From positions 5,440,001-5,504,000 of the forward strand of contig OZ244999.1 of the NCBI GenBank assembly GCA_965223265.1: DNA of 64,000 nucleotides, written 5' to 3'. This document shows positions 39,705-49,553 of the stretch, in pieces. The DNA comes from Planctomycetota bacterium. Lineage in GTDB: Bacteria > Planctomycetota > UBA8108 > SXIK01. The number at the start of each line of letters is the position of its first letter. Within the stretch, counting starts at the first letter, position 1. The notes under the pieces are model-generated. The model did no database searches, was not told the origin of the DNA, and was given only the letters and a program-made list of their open reading frames with translations. Both the position numbers and the translations under genes were made by a program.

Positions 39705-41075
39705 ATGGAGAAGCTCATGCACGCACGTTCGCACACGCCCAGAACTGTCGCCCTTTTCGCCGCCGCCTTCGTGGCCTCTCTCGTGTTGGCGCCTGCGCTC
39801 ACCGCTGCGCCAGGCACTGCCGCCAATGAGCTGTCAGCGACCGAGAAAGCGGCTGGGTTCGAGCTCCTCTTCGATGGCCTAACCCTGGAAGGTTGGGAAG
39901 GCAACCCGGACTTCTGGACGGTCGAGCGCGGAGCGATCGTCGGGCGGACGACGAAAGAGAACCCGACCAAAGGCAACACGTTTCTCATCTATCGACCGGG
40001 GCTGTTGACGGATTTCGAGCTGCGCGTTTCGTGGAAAATCGAAGGCGGCAACTCCGGCATTCAGTTTCGCAGCCGCGATCTCGGCAATTGGGTCGTCGGC
40101 GGCTACCAGGCCGACCTCGACGCCAGCGGCAAGTTCACCGGCATCCTCTACGACGAGAAGGGACGCGGCATTCTCGCCAAGCGCAACGAGAAGGTTCTCG
40201 TCACGAGCGAAGGAAAGAAAGTCGTCGTCGCGCACCTAGCAGGAGAAGAGACGATCAGAGCAGCCATTGACGCCGACGGCTGGAACGAAACCGTGGTGAC
40301 GGCTTGGGGCCACCACATCGTGCAGACGATCAATGGTGTAACGACCATGGAGCTCTACGATCGCGACAAGGAAAAGCGGGTCACGTCGGGAATCTTGGCG
40401 CTGCAGCTCCACGCGGGGCCGCCGATGACGGTGCGCTTCCGCTCGATCAAACTCAAGCGTTACGCCTCCGATCGCCCAGAGGCTCTCTTCGATGGCCGCA
40501 GCCTCACCGGCTGGATGCTGCACGAGGGACTTCCCGGCGGCGAAGTGGCAGGCAAGTGGACGGTGGAGGATGGCTCGATCGTTGGACGCCAACACCCGCC
40601 AGGAAAGGGCGGTTTTCTAACGACACTGCGCGAATACCAAGACTTCGAGCTCGAGTTCGAGACCAAGATCGAGTGGCCGTTCGACAGCGGTGTGTTCCTC
40701 CGCGTTGGGCCGCACGGTAAGAGCCATCAGGTGACACTCGACTACCGCGAGAACGGTACGGTCGGCGCGATCTATTGCCCATGGACACAAGGCTTCGTGC
40801 ACAAAGGTGACGGTGAAGGCATGCGCAAGTTCAAGAAGGACGCGTGGAATCAGGCAAAGATCCGCATCGAAGGCGAGCCAGCGCGCATCCGCTTCTGGCT
40901 CAACGGCGATCTCATCACCGACTTCCAGCACACCGAAAAGAGCACCGCCGGCGTGCCCGGGAAAGGCACGATCTGCCTCCAGGTCCATCCCGGCGGTAAA
41001 GGCTACGACGAGGCGTATGCGGCTTTTCGCAGCCTGAGCGTCAGGGATCTCAGCGTCGGGCGGTCAGAGGAGTAG
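39705..41075 (+). CDS. Tandem DUF1080 (3-keto-disaccharide hydrolase-like) secreted protein
   Basis: Two LFDG.(T/S)L.GW ... (N/D)SG ... LQ.H domains; signal peptide. Confidence 0.9.
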   Translation: MEKLMHARSHTPRTVALFAAAFVASLVLAPALTAAPGTAANELSATEKAAGFELLFDGLTLEGWEGNPDFWTVERGAIVGRTTKENPTKGNTFLIYRPGLLTDFELRVSWKIEGGNSGIQFRSRDLGNWVVGGYQADLDASGKFTGILYDEKGRGILAKRNEKVLVTSEGKKVVVAHLAGEETIRAAIDADGWNETVVTAWGHHIVQTINGVTTMELYDRDKEKRVTSGILALQLHAGPPMTVRFRSIKLKRYASDRPEALFDGRSLTGWMLHEGLPGGEVAGKWTVEDGSIVGRQHPPGKGGFLTTLREYQDFELEFETKIEWPFDSGVFLRVGPHGKSHQVTLDYRENGTVGAIYCPWTQGFVHKGDGEGMRKFKKDAWNQAKIRIEGEPARIRFWLNGDLITDFQHTEKSTAGVPGKGTICLQVHPGGKGYDEAYAAFRSLSVRDLSVGRSEE

Positions 41076-41131
41076 AGAGACCGCGCGCGCTGCTGGTCGC
41101 TTTCCGTGAGGGCTGCGGAGTAGGACGCTTT

Positions 41132-41227
41132 GCGTTTGCGTTTGCGTTTGCGTTTGCGTTTGCGTGGGCGTTTGCGTGGGCGTTTGCATTTGCGTTTGCG
41201 TTTGCGTTTGCGTGGGCGTGGGCGTCT
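41132..41227 (+). repeat. Composite hexamer microsatellite B (16 units GCGTTT/GCGTGG, ending GCGTCT)
   Basis: Seen directly; abuts a REP. Confidence 0.92.
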
Positions 41228-41234
41228 CTCTAAG

Positions 41235-41598
41235 GTAGCAGGCACACTCTGTGTGCCGTCGCCCGAAAGACGACAGATCGGACGATGCGCGGCGAGACTG
41301 TGAGCTTTCTAGAAGATGCTGCCGCAACCGCAACTCGCGGTCACGTCCGGACCGTCACGTCCGGATCGCACGCCGCCGTGCACCGACGCCACGAAAACCG
41401 GACGGCACACGGAGAAGCTGTGAATTCTTTAGAACGTGCCGTCGCACCTCACGGTCACGGTCCACGGTCACGGTCACGTCCGGACGGCACACGGAGTGTG
41501 CCTGCTACTTTAGGAGACGCGCTCGCTCACGCTCACAAGAACGGATGGCACACGGAGCAGGGCTGTAAAGATTCACAGCCTCGGCGTGTGCCTGCTAC
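41235..41598. repeat. GTAG-family REP cluster (REPIN/BIME-like)
   Basis: GTAGCAGGCACACTCTGTGTGCCGTC at 41235-41260, inverted copy at 41483-41508, loop-interrupted copies at about 41401-41443 and 41544-41598. Confidence 0.88.
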
Positions 41599-41623
41599 TT
41601 TGAAGACGGCGCGCGCGCTTCGA

Positions 41624-42472
41624 TCAGTTGCTCGATCGAGCGGCCGCCTCAAGTTGCCGGATCGTTTCGTTCAGTTGGGACCTGAAGTACCGGACCGAAT
41701 CATCGAGCGCGAGCTTCTCGGCAGATTCCCTCACGGCACGCAGCTCATCGAGAAAAGCTGCAGACTCCGGTAAGAGGTCGCGGAGTGCCGCGGCCGCTCG
41801 CGCTCCATAGTAGATGTCATCCTTGACCAGCCGAAGCGCGGCGCGAGCGGCGCGTTCCTTCTCGGTGTCGAAAGCGATCAGTGTCGCGATGACCTCGGAA
41901 ACGACGGCGATGTCTGTGTCGTCCAGGAGCGGCAAGAGATGCGGCGTGAATCCATGAGCCGGCCGGCCGATGGCTCTCAGAGCGCGCACGGCACTCTGGC
42001 GCCGGAGACCCTGGCCGGAGCTAAGGTCCGCAGCAATCACAATCGTAGCATCGACAGCCCGACCACCGAACCCACTGAGCACGTACGCGAGCCTCCGCCG
42101 TAGTTCAGGATCGAGCGCTCCCTTCATCTCGCGATGAATCGCCGCGAAGATACGATCCTCGTCGTAGCGACGTAGCGCTGAGAGTGCCTCGGCGGCCCGC
42201 GCGCGCGTCATGGTGAGTCCCCTCTGGTCGGCTAAGATTTCGACAATGTCGGGCACGAACGCGATGTCCCCTTCGACTTGACTCAAAGCGCGAAGCGCGC
42301 TCTCCCGAGCCATGGAGTCGAGACGACTGTCGGTTGCGATTTTGAGAAGATCCGCATTTCGGTCTCCGTGCGACCACGGCTCTAGGATCGAAGGCCGGCG
42401 TGGACGTGGCCCGTGACCCTGTAGAGGGCGCCCGCACGTACCTGCGCTCGGAATCCGCCCCGACAGTTGCAT
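41624..42472 (-). CDS. HEAT-repeat protein (5' end uncertain, possibly truncated)
   Basis: RARAAEAL, RQSAVRALRAIG..A..PHLLPLLDD HEAT motifs. Confidence 0.65.
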   Translation of the reverse strand: MQLSGRIPSAGTCGRPLQGHGPRPRRPSILEPWSHGDRNADLLKIATDSRLDSMARESALRALSQVEGDIAFVPDIVEILADQRGLTMTRARAAEALSALRRYDEDRIFAAIHREMKGALDPELRRRLAYVLSGFGGRAVDATIVIAADLSSGQGLRRQSAVRALRAIGRPAHGFTPHLLPLLDDTDIAVVSEVIATLIAFDTEKERAARAALRLVKDDIYYGARAAAALRDLLPESAAFLDELRAVRESAEKLALDDSVRYFRSQLNETIRQLEAAARSSN

Positions 42473-42578
42473 AAGTTTTCGCAGGAAGGGCTCAGAAACC
42501 CTTTCCCTGAGGTTCGATCGGCAGTTGAAGGACGTCGCGGCAGACCTCAGTTTAGTGAGGTGGACGGTGTGCCGTGTT

Positions 42579-42686
42579 CCCCCTCGCCCACGCACACCCA
42601 CACGCACACTCTCACTCAATCGCAATCGCGCACGGTCTTAAGGCGCGTCTCTTTTGCAACGTTGGGGTCCGCCTCTGTCTCTGTGT
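42579..42686 (-). repeat. Degenerate inverted member (E) of the hexamer microsatellite family
   Basis: Minus strand reads GAGACAGAGGCG...GCGATTGCGATTGAGTGAGAGTGTGCGTGTGGGTGTGCGTGGGCGAGGGG. Confidence 0.55.
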
Positions 42687-44581
42687 CACCTGCCGCGCCC
42701 GATGTGCGTCAACACTTCGACCATACGCTCCAGGAGGCGCTCGTCCGTCGGCTCGCCGTAGTTTCGCAACACGATCTCCTTGGCGAAGAGATGCGACAAG
42801 TAACGCAATCGTGCCCGCGGTTCGTCGGCGACGGTGCGATAGTCAGGATGTGCGGCGTTGTACTCCCAGAGACGCCCTCGCATTCTCGAACGCCAATCGC
42901 CCTCGGCGTCGAATGCGCGCTTCGGGTCCGGGATGCCAGCCTCAGGGCTCTCACCACGCAGCTTCTCAACGATGTCGATATCTGCTTCAGCGTGTGCCGT
43001 GCGTTCACCCTGTCGGGCGCACAGCCCGAGACGCGCCGAACCCAAGGTGTCGCTCGAACGAAACAGTGCCCGGCCCGCCTCCGACTCAATGCGACCGTCA
43101 CCGCTGAGCAACTCCCAGGTGTAGCTGACCCCGTCGGTGACTGTGCGTCCAGTGGCATCGACCGCACGGGCGACAAACTGTCGTGAGGCACCGGGAAGAA
43201 GCCGCGACTTTCTCGGCGTGATGCGCACCCCTTCAAGAGGACCTACCGGTAACAGCTCGGCTGTCGGCTGCGGATCGTCCACGGCCCCGTCTTCAGGATC
43301 TATCTCAACCGTCGCAGGGTTGGCGTCACTCACCGCCGTCCCACCGTCTGGGCTGTCGACGCCGTTTATGTCTGGCTCCCGCCGGCCGAGCTTCTCACCG
43401 TCCTCGCGCCCCTCGCCGCTGCTGCCTCCTGCATCCCCCGTGATGTCGAAGAAATCGTACTGCGGTAGGTTGCGTGTCAACGGCCGGAAGATGCGTCGCA
43501 GCTCGCGAGCCAAACTCTCATCTTCTTCGGCACGCCTCCGGGCACGGACCTTCTCCAAAAACTCCGCGAGCTGCGGTTCCACGCTGCGCAGCGAGGCAAA
43601 GAGAGCGTCAGCCGACGGACCGGGTACGAACTCACGGCGAGTCGACGGCGCCACCTGCAGTTCGGGAAACTCGACGATACCTTCGAGTCGACCGCCTGAC
43701 CAAAGTTCCGGATCGAGACCGTAGCCGTGAATGCTGCCGAGATCATCGCAGACCGCAGTACCACCGCATGCGAGGGAGACACGACCGGGATCTTGCCCAT
43801 CCTCTTCAACAATGTAGAGCTCGAGGACGGCGTCGCTGAACCCAGAAACTGCAACACGCTCGAGCTCTTCGATGCGCCGACCGTGAAAGCGCTGTGGTAC
43901 AACCAAGAAGTCTTTCACTGCGCTGTCGCGCGCCAGGCGGTCGAGAATGCGCAGCTTGACAGGGCGCGACAGGAGCTGTCCGCGCAGCTCCGAGCCGAGA
44001 TACTCGCCCAGACGACGACCCGTCAGCTGGCGGGACGATCCCGGGTGCACGCCGCGAATGACCACCTCGGTCCATGTATCCTCGCCGAGTGAAAGGCGAC
44101 TCTGAGGAACCCTGCGGACTTCGGCCGAGGGTTGATCGCGACGCAGATGCAGAGCCCAGACGGCGGAGCCCGCAACGCGCGTCCGCATCTCAAACTCTAC
44201 TCCGACAGCCCAGAAGCCAAGAAGGCCGATGCCATACTTGCCGAGTAACATCTGGCGCTGGCGTTCAGCTGGCGACAGATCGCGTTTGAAGGAGTGTCCG
44301 ATGTTGGTGGCAAGACGCTCGAGCGCAAGCGGCCGCTCGAGACCCGGAAAGACGCCGTCTCCATCGTCGAGGATCGACAACGCCGCCTCGCCCCGGCGAC
44401 GCATCCTCGTGATCGTGATGTGGCGTGCATTCGCATCCAAAGCGTTTTGAACTAACTCGGCCAATGCCTTACGCGGGTCGCTTTGACTGTGAGCCAGGAG
44501 ACGAATGAGGTCGAACGGATTGGCTGGTTTGAGCCGCAGCCTTTTGGTGAATTTCGTCGTTCTTGTCGCGCGCTGGATCAT
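42686..44581 (-). CDS. GHKL (HATPase_c/MORC-like) ATPase with Ig-like domain (start 44581 or 44650)
   Basis: ELVQNALDA, DDGDG, GKYGIG GHKL motifs; VRITPRKSRL...FVARAVD Ig-like segment; YNAAHPDY tail. Confidence 0.85.
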   Translation of the reverse strand: MIQRATRTTKFTKRLRLKPANPFDLIRLLAHSQSDPRKALAELVQNALDANARHITITRMRRRGEAALSILDDGDGVFPGLERPLALERLATNIGHSFKRDLSPAERQRQMLLGKYGIGLLGFWAVGVEFEMRTRVAGSAVWALHLRRDQPSAEVRRVPQSRLSLGEDTWTEVVIRGVHPGSSRQLTGRRLGEYLGSELRGQLLSRPVKLRILDRLARDSAVKDFLVVPQRFHGRRIEELERVAVSGFSDAVLELYIVEEDGQDPGRVSLACGGTAVCDDLGSIHGYGLDPELWSGGRLEGIVEFPELQVAPSTRREFVPGPSADALFASLRSVEPQLAEFLEKVRARRRAEEDESLARELRRIFRPLTRNLPQYDFFDITGDAGGSSGEGREDGEKLGRREPDINGVDSPDGGTAVSDANPATVEIDPEDGAVDDPQPTAELLPVGPLEGVRITPRKSRLLPGASRQFVARAVDATGRTVTDGVSYTWELLSGDGRIESEAGRALFRSSDTLGSARLGLCARQGERTAHAEADIDIVEKLRGESPEAGIPDPKRAFDAEGDWRSRMRGRLWEYNAAHPDYRTVADEPRARLRYLSHLFAKEIVLRNYGEPTDERLLERMVEVLTHIGRGR

Positions 44582-44656
44582 GTGTCGAGTTCGCGTCGTT
44601 GCGAAGTCTCCCCCTTCGTCTCTCAATGGAGTCTCACTGGAAGCGCTCAAGCGGCG

Positions 44657-45685
44657 TCACCCCTCAAGCTCAAACGCCCGCGCGGCGTTGTTGTAGAAAA
44701 CGTCCTCCACCTGCCCGCGGCTGAGCTCCGCGAGCTCCGCAGCGTGCTTCATGCACAGAAGCTGCTGGTAGATCGCGAGAATCGGCCTGGCGTCGGTGTG
44801 GATGTTCTCCTGCTTGGAGTGTTCCGGCGCCATCACTTGATACCAGTACCGCCCCATCGGCACATAGTAGCCGCGAAACGTGTTGGCAGTCAGATTGTCC
44901 GTGCCGAAAAGGATGCGCCGGTGATCTTCCTTCTTCATCAGCGTGTAGTGCGCCATGACATCCGCAACCGCCGATGTGTCGTACCAGATGTTCGGCATGT
45001 CGCGTAGGCGATCGACCGCCTGACGGATAGGCCAATAGGTGAAGCTACGCGCACAGTGGGCGAGGATCCACTTGATGCGCGGGTAACGCTTTTGGGTGTA
45101 CTCCTCGAGGTCGTCGAGATTCTGGCGATCCGCACAGCCGTGGTAGCGCGAGAGATGCAAAGTCACCCAGAGGCCGAGTTCGTTCGCAAGCTCCATTTGC
45201 CCATGCGGAAGAAACTCATGGATGCGGCACTGATTCGCATCGCCGGTCGTCGCGAAGACGCGGTATGGCTTCAGTCCCGTAAAACCATAGTCGCTGGCGT
45301 CAACGCGAATCGACTCGAGGCTGCAGGTCGGCGTCACCAACCGGTGCATGCGTGCATTCTTGTGCGGTTTCATGACCTCGACGATGAAGCGGTTGTGCGC
45401 CGCGACGTCAATCCCCGTCCGCGGGCTGCCGAGGATCAGATACTCAATTTCACGGCCGGGAAAGAGCTCACGATTGGCCGCGGCCATCACCTTCATGTCG
45501 CAGCGCCGCGTCGTGCCGCGTCGGGGGTGGTCCGGTGGCAAGAAATCGTCGCTCCAGAGGTGAGCGTGCGCATCAAAGAATTTGGCCGGGACGAAAGCAT
45601 CGAGCTCTTCCTCCCAGACGGTGCGGTCCGCGTCGGTGTATTCGAACTCTCCCCAAACCATGTCCTTTTTAGCCTCGATGCCCAT
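44657..45685 (-). CDS. Amidohydrolase family 2 protein
   Basis: DAHAH, GLKPY, ILAH, YDTS, ILFGTD, NNAAR; AGGAGG RBS. Confidence 0.9.
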   Translation of the reverse strand: MGIEAKKDMVWGEFEYTDADRTVWEEELDAFVPAKFFDAHAHLWSDDFLPPDHPRRGTTRRCDMKVMAAANRELFPGREIEYLILGSPRTGIDVAAHNRFIVEVMKPHKNARMHRLVTPTCSLESIRVDASDYGFTGLKPYRVFATTGDANQCRIHEFLPHGQMELANELGLWVTLHLSRYHGCADRQNLDDLEEYTQKRYPRIKWILAHCARSFTYWPIRQAVDRLRDMPNIWYDTSAVADVMAHYTLMKKEDHRRILFGTDNLTANTFRGYYVPMGRYWYQVMAPEHSKQENIHTDARPILAIYQQLLCMKHAAELAELSRGQVEDVFYNNAARAFELEG

Positions 45686-45807
45686 GTGCGAGCCTCCTGA
45701 ACGAGAGTTTTATCGACGACCGGGGCGGAGCTATTGTACTCGTGACAACACGAGAGTCGAGCGCAGCCACTCGCCGCTGCGCCCGCCATCGCTTGCCGTA
45801 GGAATCC

Positions 45808-47037
45808 TCAGCAGGGCAGCTCAGCTTCGAATCCAACAAGCGCTTCGACCTGCCTTGCAGCAGCAAGAAGCGGCAGATCCTTTCCCTTGGCGGCGACGAA
45901 CTGAACACCGAGCGGCAGCCTCGAGTCACTGAGACTGACCGGCAGGGTCAACGACGGCGCCCGTGCGTGAGTGAAGATCAGGCTCATGCGCGGATCGCCA
46001 GTCGCGCTGAGCCCGTGCGGTGCGGGACCCGGAGCCCCCGGCGCGAGGACGAAGTCGTAGTCTGAGAAGATCAAGCCGAACTCATCTTCAAGCTGCTCTC
46101 GACGTTCCCGACTCTCCTCGAGCTCGTCAGGGCTGACGCTGCGGCCGCGATCGATGAGCTCGAGGATCTTGCGCGGGTAACGGGACTCGTACCGTGGTAG
46201 GAGATCGGCGTGTGACTGAGCCAGCTCCGCAGCAATCAACGTCATATGGTTTGGGTAGGCGGCGCGAAGTGACTCGGGCAGACGGACATTCTCGACCTTG
46301 AATCCACCACGGCTTAGCTGCTCACCGACGTGACGCAGCGCGGCAAGCATCTCTTCGTCCGCCGCATCACAGTAGAGGTCTTCAACCAGAGCGATTCGTG
46401 TCTTACTCGATTGCGGTGCGGCAGCGTCAGGAACCGGCGCGTCGAAAAGCGCGCCGCAAAGTGTCTCCAGATCAGCGACATTCGAGGTAAAGAACCCGAC
46501 GGTGTCGACGCTGGGAGAAAACGGAAACACCCCGGCGCGCGACATGCGCTCGTAGGTCGGCTTGAACCCCACCGTGCCGCAGAACGAAGCCGGGCGATTC
46601 ACCGAGGCGACGGTCTGTGTGCCAAGAGCAGCGCGCACCATCCCTGTCGCCACGGCCGCCGCCGACCCCATACTGGAGCCGCCCGGGGTGTGCTCGGCAT
46701 GCCACGGGTTGGTCGTGGGGCCTGGATCGAAATAAGCAAACGACGTGGTCACGACCTTCGAGAAAACATAAGCGCCAAGCTTCTCGAGACGCTCAACGAT
46801 GTCGGCGCTTGCAGCTGCGGGCTCGTCTGGCAAGAAGTCTACACCGCATCGTGTCGGCAAACCTGCGACGTCGATGATGTCCTTGACGCCGATCGCCCAG
46901 CCATGAAGTGGACCGGGGCTACAGCTCTCGGCGCGGACGCGGGCAGCGTCGGCATCCCAGCCGAGAAGGGCATGCACACGAGACTCGTAAGCTTCGACGC
47001 GCGCCAGATGATCCCTCAACGTTTGTGGCTGACCCAT
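45808..47037 (-). CDS. Amidase signature family protein
   Basis: GVKDIID, TPGGSSMGSAAAVA, GTQTVASVNRPASFCG, LPLGVQ. Confidence 0.93.
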   Translation of the reverse strand: MGQPQTLRDHLARVEAYESRVHALLGWDADAARVRAESCSPGPLHGWAIGVKDIIDVAGLPTRCGVDFLPDEPAAASADIVERLEKLGAYVFSKVVTTSFAYFDPGPTTNPWHAEHTPGGSSMGSAAAVATGMVRAALGTQTVASVNRPASFCGTVGFKPTYERMSRAGVFPFSPSVDTVGFFTSNVADLETLCGALFDAPVPDAAAPQSSKTRIALVEDLYCDAADEEMLAALRHVGEQLSRGGFKVENVRLPESLRAAYPNHMTLIAAELAQSHADLLPRYESRYPRKILELIDRGRSVSPDELEESRERREQLEDEFGLIFSDYDFVLAPGAPGPAPHGLSATGDPRMSLIFTHARAPSLTLPVSLSDSRLPLGVQFVAAKGKDLPLLAAARQVEALVGFEAELPC

Positions 47038-47055
47038 GGATCGATAGAACCTTAG

Positions 47056-49356
47056 CTAATTTTCCCGCAGGGCCATGGAGCGAATCCACTCGCCAACCAG
47101 CTCGACGCCGTCGCGGTCAACCTCGAGTGTGCCGATATGCGGCATTCGCCCTGCTCCTCTCAGATTCATGCGCTTCCAGACGAGCGACCGCTCCGGTGCT
47201 CCCGGTGCGATGAGCCGCGCGTCCGGAAGACCGAAGTCACCGTGCAGCGGCAGAGCGTTCGGCGCGCCAGTGTCGGCTAGACTGGTCGCGTACAAGAGAA
47301 TCAAATTGGCGTTGCCGCCACCTTTGAAACGATGGCAGTGCGAACAGTTGGCGTGCAAATAGGAACGTGCACGCACGTCGATGGGCGCATCGGTCAGCCT
47401 CGGATCAGAAAGTCGCGCCAGCTCTTCCGGGGACTCCCCAGGAGGCTCATCGAAGAGTCCCCAGCGTACGAACGCATCGATCTGATTCGTTCGGACGTCG
47501 CCGTAATCGTGATCTCGGTTCATCTGCAGGGTGCTCAATCCCAACACAAATCGAGCCTTTTCGTTGTGACACACCATGCAGTCAGCACGACTTGGGAATC
47601 GCCACGTCTGCTCGCGGACACCTCCAGGCGCAGCTGCGTCTCGCACTTCGTAGGTCTTCTCAAGCGCGCCTCTACCAAGGAGCGTCGCGTCCGTCTCGGC
47701 ATCATTCCACAGATACGTGTACCCGGCCCACTGGCCATCCTGAAGAGTCAACAACCGCGTCTCGAGGCGTCGTCGGCTCGTAGGGTTGCCGGCTTCGAGC
47801 TCGAGAGTGAACGTCTTGACAAGGACCGTCCCTTCAGGGAACGCCCAAGGATTGTCGGCCCGATAGATGATCTTGCCGTCGCCCGGAATCGCCAGATAGC
47901 GTTCCTTCTCAGCGCCATCGGACCAAAGCGGCGCGACCACGCCATAGGGGATAAGACCTGGCGCTGGCGTGAGATCTTTCACCGACGTGAACAGTCCCGT
48001 GTCACTTAGCCGAACCGGAAACTGGGCCTGCCGTTGCTCTCGCTGCGCCGGTGGCCGTGGCACGAGTCGGTGGAGCCGCCCCTCCAAGTGACTCAGGACA
48101 AAGAGCTCACCGTCGTGGTCTTCACCGAACGCGGCGATGTCGAGCGACGTGTCGACGAGCTCGTCCTCCCACGTGACGCGCTCGCCATCGTGGCGCAGCC
48201 CCCAAATCTTGCCGGTTTCGTAATCACCGTAGACATACGCGCCGTATAGCTCGGGGCGCTGCGAGCCGCGATAAACGTAGCCGCCGGTGATCGACCGTGA
48301 CTCGCCGTGGTGGTGTGCCTTGATCGGTGGCTGAATCGGCGTCGGCCCGCGAGGACGACGCGGACGAAACTCCTGCGGTCCCTCCATGACACTCCACCCG
48401 TAGTTGCCTCCTGACTCGACGCGGTACACCATTTCCCACAAGTCCTGGCCGACGTCACCAACCCATAGGTCCCCGTTGTCGCGATCGAAAGTCATCTTCC
48501 AGACTTGACGAAAACCGTAAGCAAAAACCTCTGGCGCTGCACCGACCGTCTCGATGAACGGATTATCCGGAGGGATAGCGTAGGATTTCGCCGAGTGTCG
48601 CCCATCAACATCGATGCGAAGAATCGCAGCAAGGAAGTCGCCAATGAACTGGCCCGTTAAGTGCTGGTCGTTTGAGCCACCGCCGTCGCCAGTACCAATG
48701 TAAAGGTAGCCGTCGGGGCCGAATTCCAAAGAGCCGCCGTCATGACCACGAGACGGAAACTCGAGAAGGATGTGCTCCGACTCGGGATCGGCGCGCCACG
48801 TGTCGGGGTCCATCTCAAACCGCGCGATCCGCGTACGCGACGGCTGCGGCTTTCGCTCGGTGATGAAGAGATAAAAGAAGTGGTTCTCCTGAAACCGTGG
48901 GTGAAACGCCATGCCATAGATCTCACGCCGCACGTCACGCCCAAGGTTGCGGTCATAGCGTCCGCCGAGGTCGAGCGATAGATCGCCTTTGACGACGTCG
49001 CCACGCTGTGGAAACGAAAACACTCGACCGTAGCGCTCGGCCACGAAGATGCGGTGCTCTTCGGGCGGCATGGTCATGAGGAGCAGCTGGTCGAACTTCA
49101 GGTGCGGAAACGCCAACTCGACCGTGTAGGGCGATGGTGGCTCCGGGCTGCCGACGACGCGCGACGTCTTCCACGGCACCCGCGAGCTCGTCGCAGGCAC
49201 TGAGGTTCCCGGCAAAGCTCCGATGCTGGCAGGCTCGCCCGCAAGAGCTGAAAGCGTGATCGACGATGCAGCGAGGAGAAGGGCCAACGCGTCGAACGGA
49301 GAGCCCGCCCGAGGCAGCGCCTGCCGTCGACTCCCAAGTGGCGGATTGTCACTCAC
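47056..49356 (-). CDS. PQQ-dependent sugar dehydrogenase fused to a diheme c domain
   Basis: GSDH motifs (AFHPRF, HDGG, GDVGQ, GGNYGW); PLWSDGAEKER, CMVCH, CSHCH; AGGAG RBS before GTG. Confidence 0.88.
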   Translation of the reverse strand: MSDNPPLGSRRQALPRAGSPFDALALLLAASSITLSALAGEPASIGALPGTSVPATSSRVPWKTSRVVGSPEPPSPYTVELAFPHLKFDQLLLMTMPPEEHRIFVAERYGRVFSFPQRGDVVKGDLSLDLGGRYDRNLGRDVRREIYGMAFHPRFQENHFFYLFITERKPQPSRTRIARFEMDPDTWRADPESEHILLEFPSRGHDGGSLEFGPDGYLYIGTGDGGGSNDQHLTGQFIGDFLAAILRIDVDGRHSAKSYAIPPDNPFIETVGAAPEVFAYGFRQVWKMTFDRDNGDLWVGDVGQDLWEMVYRVESGGNYGWSVMEGPQEFRPRRPRGPTPIQPPIKAHHHGESRSITGGYVYRGSQRPELYGAYVYGDYETGKIWGLRHDGERVTWEDELVDTSLDIAAFGEDHDGELFVLSHLEGRLHRLVPRPPAQREQRQAQFPVRLSDTGLFTSVKDLTPAPGLIPYGVVAPLWSDGAEKERYLAIPGDGKIIYRADNPWAFPEGTVLVKTFTLELEAGNPTSRRRLETRLLTLQDGQWAGYTYLWNDAETDATLLGRGALEKTYEVRDAAAPGGVREQTWRFPSRADCMVCHNEKARFVLGLSTLQMNRDHDYGDVRTNQIDAFVRWGLFDEPPGESPEELARLSDPRLTDAPIDVRARSYLHANCSHCHRFKGGGNANLILLYATSLADTGAPNALPLHGDFGLPDARLIAPGAPERSLVWKRMNLRGAGRMPHIGTLEVDRDGVELVGEWIRSMALREN

Positions 49357-49553
49357 CGAACATCTCCTAAAACTTCCCTGCCCCAAGAGCCGAGCCATCG
49401 GGGTTCGAGCGCGCTTGAATCTTAATGAACCGCCGAGTTGAAAGCGCTCCAAAAACTGATGGGCAGACAGCTCTCGACTGATCGCGAAGCCGCTTCTTAG
49501 AATAGGTCGAGGTCCAAAGATCAACATAAACCACGTGTCGAATTGAGGGCACC

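Noticed and set aside
38918-39988. Long antisense or alternate-frame ORFs (also 636-1895, 54987-56069, 59622-60767)
   Set aside because: Shadow ORFs typical of high-GC DNA, overlapping well-supported genes.
41235-41598. CRISPR array
   Set aside because: Repeats are inverted and irregularly spaced with a GTAG REP signature; no cas genes.
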